A stretch of DNA of 59,337 nt, the filler included, from Nemertoderma westbladi (taxonomy: Eukaryota > Animalia > Xenacoelomorpha): the NCBI GenBank assembly GCA_032718475.1. It is 3 parts of 3 records of this genome, joined end to end, with 100 filler letters (N's around TTAATTAATTAA, not from the genome) between each part and the next. Parts side by side here need not be neighbours in the genome. Positions count along the whole stretch, not along the records: positions 1 to 21,346 come from JAUCBJ010005342.1; positions 21,447 to 41,670 come from JAUCBJ010003740.1; 1 more part is not named here. One strand, written 5' to 3'. The notes below the pieces were generated by a model. That model was not told the origin of the DNA. It was given only the letters and a program-made list of their open reading frames with translations, and made no database searches. A program made the position numbers and the translations under genes. Positions 11,291 to 22,145 of this stretch are shown in pieces (position 1 is the stretch's first letter; each line of letters starts with the position of its first letter).

Positions 11291-12015
11291 TACATGAGTT
11301 CGAGTTGTTTCAATTGTTCAAACCAATATAAAACCACATTATCATGCTCGCTACGCTCTCAATTTAATCCATAATCATATTCTATATTTAAAAACAGTTG
11401 GTTGGCCTACTGTACTATAAATGTTAAAATTTTCTTGCTTGCTACGCTCGCAATTTTATGACATCTGTATTTAAAAACAGTTGGACTGTATAATAATACT
11501 AATACCGGTACTGTATTAATCTTAATATTTCTGCAAAATTTCTTTGCTCGCTCTACGACGAATCCATCTGGCTAATGATTGTTGTTCACTAATGGTGAGC
11601 CAATCACAGGGTCTCGCCCCACACACTGACACACCACAATACAATAGTAGCAAAATTGTCTGATCAATGACTGGGAGTCTATGGCTGTACAAGCCTGCAC
11701 ATTTAAGCTCATTGAAGGCTGCACATTTAATCACTGTTTCTGTTTATGTACAAAATTTTCTTCTCGCTACGTTCGAGGTTTTATTTTTACTAGAATTGAT
11801 TCATTTAAGGCCTAATCAATTTGTCAATCGCCATACTGGCTTAAATAAGAATAACTACGGGCAAAAATTATACAGTGACTGAATGAGCATACAATACAGG
11901 CAAAGGATGTGGAGTGCAACGGGCAAAGGCACCTTATAGTTATATTGGGCAGTCAGTCTCTACAGTCAGGCGAGACAGTAGATAGGCGTGCAGTTCAAAA
12001 TTTTACGCGTGCATT

Positions 12016-15000
12016 TTTTTGGGCTGAAAACCTGTCGGTATGGTTTGCCCAAGTGGAGGCCCAGTTTAGCATCCGGAGGATCGTCGACGACACGACTAAA
12101 TACTTCAACGTTGTCGCCGCTCTGGATCAACCCACCGCCGCCCGTCTACTGGACATCCTCACCGCCCCGCCCCGCCTTCCGAAGGGAAATACGAATCCCT
12201 CAAGGCTCGACTCCTCGGAACTTTCGCCTTGAGTCGACGCGAGCACGCCGCAAAGCTGCTGCGGATGCGCGGGCTGGGCGACCGCAAGCCGTCCCAGTTG
12301 ATGGACGAGATGTTGGGGCTCCTCGCAGGCCATACTCCGTGTCTGCTGTTCGAGCAGCTCTTTCTGGAGCAGCTCCCCGAGGACATCCGGCTCTAGGTCT
12401 CCAACAACTCTTTCGCGGATCCCCGCGCCATGGCTGCCACCGCCGACGTTCTGTGGCTGGCCAAACAGCAGGGAGTCTCCCAACCAGCCAGATTAAACCG
12501 GGTGACGAACCCATTACCGACGAAGAATTCCTCCGCGCCGCAACCCACAAAGGCGACCACGAACTCACCCGGTACTGCTTGACCCGACACCGACGGGTTG
12601 TGCTACTACCACGCCCCGTTTGGTAGTGCCGCCAAGCAGTGCCGGTCGCCGTGCAGCTTCACGGGAAAGGCTCCGACCAGCCGACGCTAGCCGCTGCATC
12701 GACTGGTCGCTACAACCAGCGGGACAACCTCCTCTACCTCTGGGACCGAAACTCCGGCCGCCACTTCCTTGTGGACACCGGCGCCCAGGTGAGCGTGTTT
12801 CCCGCCAGCGGATTCGACACCCGTTCCGGTCGAACAGGACCGCCGCTCCGCGCCGTCAACGGATCACCGATCCGTTCCTACGGAACCCGCGGAGTTCCTC
12901 TGCGGTTCAACGGCCGCCAGTTCAACTGGGACTTCGTGATCGCGGATATCCCCCAGCCGTTGCTAGGGGTGGACTTCCTCTGCGACCACGCCCTGATGTT
13001 GGACGTCAAGGGGCAGCAACTCATTGACATTGAAACCTTCGAGCCGATCCCCCTCCGTTGCTCCGTAGATCGAGTCTACGCCGACCTCCTGGCGGAGTTC
13101 TCCTCCATCACGACGCCGACCTTCTCGGACTCGTCTACTCGCCACGGCGTGGAGCATTACATCCCGACCGCCGGTCGCCCCGTCCACGCCCGCGCTCGAT
13201 GACTCCCGCCGGATAAACTCGAGATCGCGCAGGCGGAGTTCAGCAAGATGGAGGAGATGGGGATTATTCGCCGTTCGAATAGTCCCTGGTCGTCTCCCCT
13301 CCATATGGCCTCCAAGCCGGCCTGGGGTTGGTGCCCCTGCTGGGACTACCGTCTCCTCAACGACGCCACGACCCCCGATCGCTACCCAGTCCCACACATC
13401 CAGGACTTCTCGGCGCGTCTCGCCGGGGCCACGATCTTCTCTAAGGTTGACCTGGTGCGGGGCTACCACCAGATCCCCGTGGCCCCCGGCGACGTTCCAA
13501 AGACCGCCGTTATCACTCCGTCCGGACTCTTCGAGTTTGTCTGGATGCCGTTCGGCCTAAAGAACGCCGCCCAGGCCTTCCAACGCCTGATGGACTCTGT
13601 CTGCGCTGGGTTGGACTTCCTCTTCACATACCTGGACGACATTCTCATTGCCAGTGCGACCCCCGAGGAACACCTCGCCCACCTCCACCAACTCTTCCAA
13701 TGACTCCAGGACAACAGCCTCGTCGTCAACCTGGCGAAGTGTGAGTTCGGGGTGGCGGAGATCCAGTTCCTCGGACACATCGTCAATGAGTCCGGAGTCC
13801 ATCCGCTCCCGGACAAGGTGGAAGCCGTCCGCTCCTTCCCTCGTCCAACCACCACTAAAGGGCTGCAGGAATTTATCGGTATGGTAACGTTTTACCTCCG
13901 ATTTATTCCCGCAGCTGCTGCCACCATGCAGCCCCTTTATGCCACCATCGCCACCAAGGTTAAGGATGTCGACTGGACTCCCGAACTCACCGCCGCGTTC
14001 GAATCCTCCAAGTGGGCCCTCGCGGACGCCACCATGCTCATCCACCCCCGCCACGATGCCCCAACCTCCATCACCACCGACGCTTCCGACTCCGCAGTCG
14101 GCGCGGCCCTCGAGCAGTGGTCCGATGGGAAGTGGCGGCCGCTCGCCTTCTTCAGCCACCAACTCCGTCCTCCGGAATGGAAGTACAACACCTACGACCA
14201 CGAACTCCTCGGCCTGTACCTCGCGGTCCGCCACTTCTGGTATTTCCTAGAGGGCTGTCCGTTTGTGGCCTATATGGACCACAAACCGCTGACCCACGCG
14301 TTCGCCCAGGTCACTGACCCCTAGTCTCCCCGTCAACAGCGCCACCTGGCGTACATATCTGAGTTCACCACCAATGTACGTCATGTTGATGGGAAGGACA
14401 ACCAGGTGGCGGATGCCCTCTCCCACAGCTTTGTGGGCCACCTGTCGACCCAACTCGGGGTCGACTACACCACCATGGCGGCCACCCAGCGGGAGGACAA
14501 CGAACTCCAGACCCTCCGGAGGAACCCAGGTAGCCTTGACCTGCGTGACGTCATGTTCATGGAGGAGGACGTCACGTTTCTCTGCGATGTCTCGACTGGC
14601 CAACCCCGGCCGCTCGTCCCGAGTTTGTGGCGCTGTCGCGTGTTCGACGTAGTCCACTCCCTGTCCCATCCGTCCATCCGCTCAACTCGGAAGCTCATCT
14701 CTGAGTGCTTTCGTTCGTGCCGACACCAACTTCGCGACACGGGAAACCCGGCTCATCTGTGCATCCTCAGCTCAGTACAAGCGAGTACGTCTTTGTGCGT
14801 ACTGAGGCACACCACGGCCCCTTACAGTGGCCCTACACTGGGCCGTATAAAGAAGCGGAATGGGGGCCCAAAACATTCATCGTCGAGGTGCGTGGTCGGC
14901 GCGAAATGTCTGGCACGGCCTCGCCAAACAGGTAACCGCCTGGGCCAAGGCCTGCGTCGCCTGCCAGACCTCCAAGGTTCAGCGCCATATGAAGGCTCCA

Positions 15001-15960
15001 CTGGAGACCTTCACTGTCCCATGTCGTCGCTTCGACCACGTTAACGTCGACCTGGTAGGTCCCCTCCCTCCATCCCAAGGGTTCACCTACCTCTTCACCA
15101 TTGTCGACCGGACGATGCGTTGGCCCGAGGCCATTCCGCTCGCCGACTCAACAACCAAGACCTGCGCCCTCGCTCTTGTCGCCCACTGGATCGCCCGGTT
15201 CGGCGTCCCGGCCGAACTCTCCTCCGCCGTGGCGCCCAGTTCACCTCGGAGTTGTGGTCCGAAGTCAACCGTCAACCTCGGGACGATACTCCACCGGACC
15301 ACGTCGTACCACCCGCAGGCAAACGGTCTGGTGGAACGGTTCCACTGCTCCCTCAAGGCATCCCTGAGGGCCCGACTAACCGTCCTCAACTGGGTGGATG
15401 AACTGCCCTGGGCCCTTCTCGGCAACCAAACCACCCCAAAGGAAGACGTGAACTGCTCCTCGGCTGAGTTGGTGTACGGCTCACCACTAACGGTGCCCGG
15501 TGACTTCGTCGCCTCACCAACCAATCCACCGGAATCCACAGCCTTCCTTCAGGACCTCCACAAACACGCGAGGCAATTTGTGCCGACACCAACTTCGCGA
15601 CACGGGAAACCCGGCTCATCTGTGCATCCTCAGCTCAGTACAAGCGAGTACGTCTTTGTGCCTAGTGACGCACACCGCGGTCCCTTACAGCGGCCCTACA
15701 CTGGGCCATATAAAGTAGCGGAACGGGGGCCCAAAACATTCATCGTCGAGGTGCGTGGTCGGCGCGAAACTATATCCGTCGACAGACTAAAACCGGCCCA
15801 CCTCGCGATCGACCAGCCCGTTGCAGTGGCCTTCCTGCCACGCCATGGTCGACCACCCACTGCCAGTACCACCCCGGCTGAACCTCCTACTCCCTCACCC
15901 CACCTAGCAGAAACTCCGTCCGAATTTCCCGTAACTACTCGAAGTGGGCGGGAAATCTGA
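12016..15960 (+). pseudogene. pol: gag-pol pseudogene (PR-RT-RH-IN) with stops and frameshifts
   Basis: In-frame stops at 12393, 13200, 13701 and 14322; the domains are split over ORFs 12639, 13248, 13752, 14406 and 14860. Confidence 0.93.
14714..14906 (+). repeat. 193-bp ectopic copy of 15577-15769 inserted in the integrase zinc-binding region
   Basis: Near-identical to the integrase C-terminal GPY segment; it interrupts ISECF|VWHGLAK. Confidence 0.9.
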
Positions 15961-15990
15961 CAGGCGAAGTATTTTTTTTAATCACGGTTC

Positions 15991-16156
15991 TGGGGGGAGT
16001 TATGTAGTGGTAACAGATATCGAACCGTTAGATACTTTCACTTTCGACGGACAAAATACTGCTGTCTGTGTCAGTCTTCATATTACACTCATACTGCCGT
16101 TTACTGGTTTTATATATATACCTACCGGTACCACACCAGCTGTCCTGGTGTCAACA
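15991..16156 (+). other. Polypurine tract and short 3' LTR of the Gypsy element
   Basis: TGGGGGGAGT followed by TGTAGTGG at 16003; the LTR end at ...GTCAACA (16156) is a guess because no 5' LTR is present. Confidence 0.65.
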
Positions 16157-17342
16157 TAATACATGTTCCTGACTGTAATATATTACGTTGAAATGATGTG
16201 GGTCGCGCTAATGCGAGAATCGCGCTCACTACAGTACACTCTTAAAGCTGCAGCGAAAAATTGTAGCTAATTTCCTTGGTTACATATAAAATAATAAAAT
16301 TATTTTTAAGAACATTAATTTTACTACTTTACAAAAATTCAATTAAAAAATAACCAGACAAATACATTGTGGATTAAACTATTTCAGATATAAGCCTACA
16401 CAACAGCCATGCCATGGATAGTATTTATGTTATTATATCTGTCATTTACCTAAGATGGCAATACAACATTTATAGTAGAGTGAATAGGAATTGGAATACA
16501 GGAAGGATGGTGGGATGTGGGATTTAAAGAATGCTGTCTGGGCTGGAATAGCAATACTGGTTGCTTATTACAATTCCGCTCTGGTTAGTCTACAGCTACA
16601 ACTACCAGCCAGAGACTTGATCAATAATGGGCAGGATTAAATTTGTACTCAATAATTGTGCCGTTTAATTACGTTTAGATCAATTAAAGACACATTTATT
16701 AAAACAAATCACTTGAACTAATTAAAACTATAACAGAATGGGGTATGTGGATTACATCTGTATAATTTTTAAGTATAATTATTGAAGTCTTAAACTGTAA
16801 CACAATTAATTTCCTTTAACAGGCAGGTTGAAAGTGCTGTTTTTACCGTAATCAATTTAATTAACTGCTATAATCTTAGCTTCTCGAAGGCCACACGAAA
16901 ATTCAACTTGGAAAATTTCTAAACTTTTGCTAAACAACATGTGTACCAAGTTTGGATAGATTTCATCGAAGATTGGCCGAGTTATTAACGTTTAAAATTG
17001 AACGCTGCAAAAAAAGCGACAGAACGTCAGGTTGATTAACAGAACAACAGATTAACAGAACAACAGAGCAATAGACATACCGATTGAGTTAGTGGTACAG
17101 TGTCTGTATGCTAAGCTGGCTTACTTTCGTCGCTCACCCCACAAATCAATTTTAGAAGGCGTAGCTTGCAGCTCCATCAATAATCTATCCTGCAGACAAG
17201 GAAACCTATACCAAATTATCAACATCACTTTTTATTAGTCTGATTCAGCAATAATTATTTCATTGGCGTTCATTCAAACCTGATCCTTCCTTCCCTTTAC
17301 TATCGATATTATACACCATGAACCGTCATTTTTTATTATAGT

Positions 17343-18908
17343 GTCATTTTCTAATGACACGGTTCCCCCCCCCCCCCCCCTCCCCAAAAAAAAAATTGTC
17401 TATAGATCTTTATCATATTGCTTGCAATTTGAAACACAACTAGTTCACTACTACTACTAGGATCGGCATGCTGCATTGCAGCTGCATTTTTAAGAATGCT
17501 GTGCCAGCTTGTCAACAAAATTGCACCGCCACAACTCCCTATTACCCATGACATTTGCTAGATCATCCGCATCTTTAAGGTCAGTGTCCTTTAAGATGCG
17601 TCTCAAGAAAGTCATGGGCTGTCCACCATGCTTATTCACTCCATGAGGCTGCCAAAGTACAAGATTATGCACTGGCTGGTCCTCACGGCGAAATCAATGT
17701 CCTGCAAAGCGGAGGCGATTTTGTTCTAGTGTCAAGCTTGGGGGAACCAATGAGACACCTCCAGTGTTATATAGTGTCTGGTTGGAGATGTGTGCATTGT
17801 ACTTGACACAATGAACCCGACGTAGCATTCTTGTGAATGTGCCATCCAGAGATTTGGTGTCCTCAGCAGTTAGAGCCCAGCATGAACTCCCGTAGAGGAG
17901 TACTGGAACTACTGCTGCTCTAAATAATCGGACCTTAAGTTTCCGATTAATTCTCGGTGACTTCCAAATCCTGGAAAGCCTATTCAAGGCTGCCCATGCC
18001 TTTCCCTTACGTATTCGAAGGTCCTCGCCTGACTTCCGGATCCATGATCCCAGGTAACAGAAGTCGTCCACATGCTCAAGCATACCTCAACACAACTAGT
18101 TCAACTCACCGTGGTTGTTACCATGCAGCCGGAATTTTCGATTTTGCCTATAAATTTTTTTTATAAGCGTTTTAAAATAGTGTCTTTTGCGAAATCGTAC
18201 CCTCCGTATCGTGGACATTCTTCACGTAACTCGTAATTTTTTTCATATCAATAGAAAAGCTGGCGTTGTTGCAAGGATTCTAAATATGTAACAATGTCTG
18301 AATTTCGTTGAGAAACAGCTGAAATACTGTATAAGCGTTCGAAGATTGCAAGAATTATTGTTCGCTACAGGCCATTTATTATATTTAATAAATACAGAAA
18401 ATTCTAGAACGTGTTATTTATTTTATGAGATGGTAGGCAACAGCAGTATGCCTATACAATATCTATATTGCGTAGCTAATCGTACATAAACAAATTGTTC
18501 CAGAATATTGTGTAATATTATTAAATAGAATAAATGGCCTGCAGCGAACATTAATTCTTGCAATCTTCAAACGCCTATATCTCAGCTGTTTCTCAATGAA
18601 ATTCAGACATTGTTACATATTTGGAATCCTTGCAAAGCAAGCTTTTTAATAATATCTATAAAGCGAGGTTAATGTGAAGATTGTGATGACAGGAGATGTG
18701 CAATTTCGCAAAAGACACTTTTTTAAAACGCTTATAAAAAAAATGTAAAGGCAAAATCGAAAGTTCCGTCTTTATGGCGAAGTTCCGACGTGCCGACGTC
18801 TTCAGTTGAACTAGTTGTGTTTCAAATTCCAAGCAATATGATAAAGATCTGTAGAAAAATTTGGGGGGGGGGGGGTGGGTTGGGGGGTCCGTGTCATCAG
18901 AAAATGAC
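17343..18908. mobile_element. Foldback/palindromic MITE with ~400-bp inverted arms, left arm interrupted by a LINE
   Basis: GTCATTTTCTAATGACACGG...polyC on the left matches polyG...CCGTGTCATCAGAAAATGAC on the right; 18104-18410 is the imperfect reverse complement of 18497-18810. Confidence 0.85.
17448..18088 (-). mobile_element. 5'-truncated RTE-like LINE copy with (TAG)n tail and 15-bp TSD
   Basis: Nearly identical to 23010-23647; TSD AACACAACTAGTTCA at 17433-17447 and 18089-18103. Confidence 0.93.
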
Positions 18909-18916
18909 TGTTGTGT

Positions 18917-19226
18917 CCTCTACGGTATGGACTACCCTACAGCCTACAAATCTACAAATACGAAGCTATAGAATATCTCTATCCGTAAAGTCCAGTAGTA
19001 TACCGCTTACCAGATCCTAGTAACGATGTATCTTACTGTAAGACTCTAGTAATGAAATGGGCTCGTACAGTATCTGACAACAAATCCCAGTCCAGGATAT
19101 CTAAACAAACAGATACAATACACAAACTACTACTGGCGAGGAGCAGAGCCTGGTGTCTATTCTATGTACGTGAGCGGGTCTAATGCCTACGAACTAGACA
19201 AAAGGATACCTGTCCTCTAACCGGTA
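18917..19226 (+). repeat. ~310-bp dispersed repeat, copy 1
   Basis: Highly similar to 28449-28757. Confidence 0.88.
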
Positions 19227-19290
19227 TGGCAGATGTACAGTTACAGTAACAGACCAAACTCACGGGAAAACAATCCCCGCGCAGCAAATC

Positions 19291-20676
19291 CTAACTATCG
19301 CTGACAGTCCTAAATAAAACGTTTACGTTTAAAAAACGAAAACATTTACAGTAATCCTCGACGAACTCCTCTCCTCGATCTATCGCTCCCACACTTCCTT
19401 CCTCGATTCGCTTCTGAATTCCGCGATATCGAGCTTCCATGCGATCCAGGGCAGACAAGTCGTGTCCAGCTCGCGAACTTATAGATCTATCTCTCGCGTC
19501 GAGTTCAAGGTCCGCTTGCGCGTTCGCTGCCTCGTGTGATCTACGATTTAGTTCGAACTGTAGTTGCATCTCCCTTTCGCGTCGATCCGCTACTTGTTGT
19601 TGTGCCGCTAACTCCGCTTCCTGTACTTCCTCCAACTGAGCAGGTGCGTCAGATGCCTCTTTCTGTCGTGCTAAGTCCTCCTCTAATCTTCTCATCTCCG
19701 AGGCTTCGACTTCGGCTTGCGCCTTGAGTTGCGCAATTCTCGTCTCGTCTTCTCTACGTTGTTTCTCTCCCTCGATAGCAATCTGTGCCATCTGTAGTTG
19801 CGCTTCTTCCTCGACGACTTGTTGTCGGCGTGCAACTTCCTGTTGTTGTCGAGTAATTACAGACACTGTTCTACTAACGTCGCCAACGTTGCTCTGCATG
19901 CTAACGAATGATCTATCCATTGGTGGATTTTGGTAGGCTCGCGAGCCTTCCGTAGTAAGAACTTCCGTCGTCCCTCGCGGTTCGACTACCGGTTCTTCGA
20001 TCGGTACGCCGCATCTATGAAGAAAATTGGTGAGCGTCCCTAATCTCCCATCCAGGCAGTAGAGTTCTTCTTCCTCTTCGGATTGTAACAACGCGTCCGA
20101 AACTGACTCACCTAGCAGTTGGTCGAACTGCTCTTGTTGAGCCAATCTTATTACCGACTTAAACTGGATAAGGCTTTCTCTCGCACTTACCAACTTATCT
20201 ATTATCTTTACCTGAGTAAAGTTGTCGCCACGCAACTCTGCAAGTTCGTGTAAACCTGTAAGTTTATCTATGGAGGCATGTACCCTACTTTCTATCCTTA
20301 CCTGTAAGGTGTAGAACTCGTATCTCGACATCGGGGCGGTTAACTCGCGTAAAACGCGAAAACCTTCTCCGAGGTTCCGAGTAATCTGGGCCATGTGTCC
20401 TCCTATACTCCTAATAACGTTCTCCTGGCTTCCAGTCGAACTTACCATGTCCGGTTCCCGCGATCTGGTCTGCGGGACGGTAAGGAAATCTTCGATTCTG
20501 CCGTCGCCACGCGTTGCGGCTTCCGGTATTTCCGTTCGGGGTACCGGTGACGCACGCGGTGTGACATCGGTAGAATCTCGGGTTCTCCTTCTCGGTTCGT
20601 CTACTGTCGATCTGTCCGGGTCGCACGAGTCATAGTCGGTAGGTGGGTATCGAGTCGAATGTAGTGTGTCACTCAT
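19291..20676 (-). CDS. Coiled-coil protein, probable truncated N-terminus of a second BEL/Pao Gag
   Basis: 461-aa ORF starting MSDT like the Gag at 3340; E/Q/R-rich coiled coil; preceded by an AT-rich leader and the same LTR end (CGCGAACA at 21310). The capsid and knuckle are absent. Confidence 0.6.
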   Translation of the reverse strand: MSDTLHSTRYPPTDYDSCDPDRSTVDEPRRRTRDSTDVTPRASPVPRTEIPEAATRGDGRIEDFLTVPQTRSREPDMVSSTGSQENVIRSIGGHMAQITRNLGEGFRVLRELTAPMSRYEFYTLQVRIESRVHASIDKLTGLHELAELRGDNFTQVKIIDKLVSARESLIQFKSVIRLAQQEQFDQLLGESVSDALLQSEEEEELYCLDGRLGTLTNFLHRCGVPIEEPVVEPRGTTEVLTTEGSRAYQNPPMDRSFVSMQSNVGDVSRTVSVITRQQQEVARRQQVVEEEAQLQMAQIAIEGEKQRREDETRIAQLKAQAEVEASEMRRLEEDLARQKEASDAPAQLEEVQEAELAAQQQVADRREREMQLQFELNRRSHEAANAQADLELDARDRSISSRAGHDLSALDRMEARYRGIQKRIEEGSVGAIDRGEEFVEDYCKCFRFLNVNVLFRTVSDS

Positions 20677-21309
20677 GTCTTATTATATACGTCAAGTACG
20701 GGTAATAAAATGTCAAAGTATCTGGATGTTGAAATGTCAAACTTACCTTGATATATATAGTATATATATACCCTAACCGGTACAAATAAATCAACAAAGT
20801 CAGAATGTCGAAATGTCAAAATGTCCAAATGTCAAACTTACCTTGATATATATATATATCATATATATACCCTAACCGGTACAAATAAACTAACAAAGTA
20901 TATAATAAAATAAGTAATAATCTAGCCTACCGGCTAAATTTGTACGAATGAATGAGATAACGGTATACGTTACCAAAAAGTAGATCAACAAGTACAAATA
21001 ATAGGCAAAACAGCAACATCTAACGGGAAAATAAATACCAACAACACTACTAATAGACAGTGAAACCCACAAATTTTGAGTACTACAGTGCTTTCTTAAG
21101 TTTGATCGACACGAGTCGTAAAACTTACGCTCCTTTGATCTTCCAGTCGTGCAAATTCCCAAATACAAACCGGACGTGGGTCGTTCCGTTTTTCAGCGGC
21201 GCGGACGAATTTTTTGTCTCCCAAACTTTGCGAAAAGCGGTCTAATCCTCGAAGCGGTCCAGAAATGAGTCCTTGAGTCCTGAAAAGTCGAAGATGAGAG
21301 TTTTACTTC

Positions 21310-21346
21310 TGTTCGCGGTATTTCAACTTTCCATAACGCGAGTTGA
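21310..21346 (-). mobile_element. 3' tip of a putative BEL-type LTR, cut by the assembly gap
   Basis: The minus strand reads ...ACCGCGAACA|GAAGTAAAAC, the same terminal CGCGAACA as at 5501 and 42552. Confidence 0.5.
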
Positions 21347-21446
21347 NNNNNNNNNNNNNNNNNNNNNNNNNNNNNNNNNNNNNNNNNNNNTTAATTAATT
21401 AANNNNNNNNNNNNNNNNNNNNNNNNNNNNNNNNNNNNNNNNNNNN
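21347..21446. other. Assembly gap spacer
   Basis: 44 N + TTAATTAATTAA + 44 N. Confidence 0.98.
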
Positions 21447-22145
21447 GGTCTCTAAGAAAAGAGCTTTCGAATGAGCCAAAACGAACGCCGTACGACCACT
21501 AGAACTGGAGATTATACATTTTGAAGATCTCAGATGACCGATAAGTCTATTCCGTCTAATCCTGTAAAGACCGCAGAATCGCTTATTCGAGTCCCGTCTT
21601 CATTCCGGAGACTTGAAGTTGTCTTATAAACTGATCAGTAGGTCCAATCAATAATCATAAAAAAAATACCTTCTTAATTAAAATTTTGTGCTCTTTCTCG
21701 TGGAGTCATCCAATTAGCACCACTGGGCACAGAAAACGGCAGAAATTGAATGCAAACCCCAAACTTCATCTCCTTTACCGATATCATGATGTACCGGAGC
21801 CAGTATCTTCTATCCCAGATATCTCGAAAACGAAGCAAGATATGGGAAAACGGTTTCTATATTTGGATTCAGCATGAAATTCTGCATCAGATAGGTTAAT
21901 TTCAAAAATTCGACTTTTTGGTCAGAAAATGCGCTACCCCCCCCCCCCCCCCCCCCCCCCCTTAAGAAATTCGGATCGTACTTTACATTTTGAGATTTTG
22001 AGTATTTAGATCTAAGTAGTTGTATCAGGTGTTTATCTGAAGATGATGACAGATGATCTAGGAAGCAATCAATTGTCTCCCTAAGAATTTGTATGGTTTG
22101 GTGCTGTAGTGCATTCAACATGTCATCCTGTACCTGTGTAATAGG

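Larger units (their letters stand above)
12016..16156 (+). mobile_element. Ty3/Gypsy LTR retrotransposon, CsRN1 clade, 5'-truncated and degenerate
   Basis: Gag FWAENLSVWFAQVEAQF and a CHCC knuckle CYYHAPFGSAAKQCRSPC (12601-12654); protease FLVDTGA; RT YLDD; RNase H TDASD; integrase (C-x2-C, VDLVGPLP, YHPQANGLVER, GPY); PPT and 3' LTR. Confidence 0.95.

Noticed and set aside
12127-15619. Many overlapping minus-strand and alternative-frame ORFs
   Set aside because: By-products of the GC-rich Gypsy pol sequence.
21347-21446. TTAATTAATTAA palindrome within N runs (also at 41671-41770)
   Set aside because: Artificial scaffold spacer with stops in all six frames.
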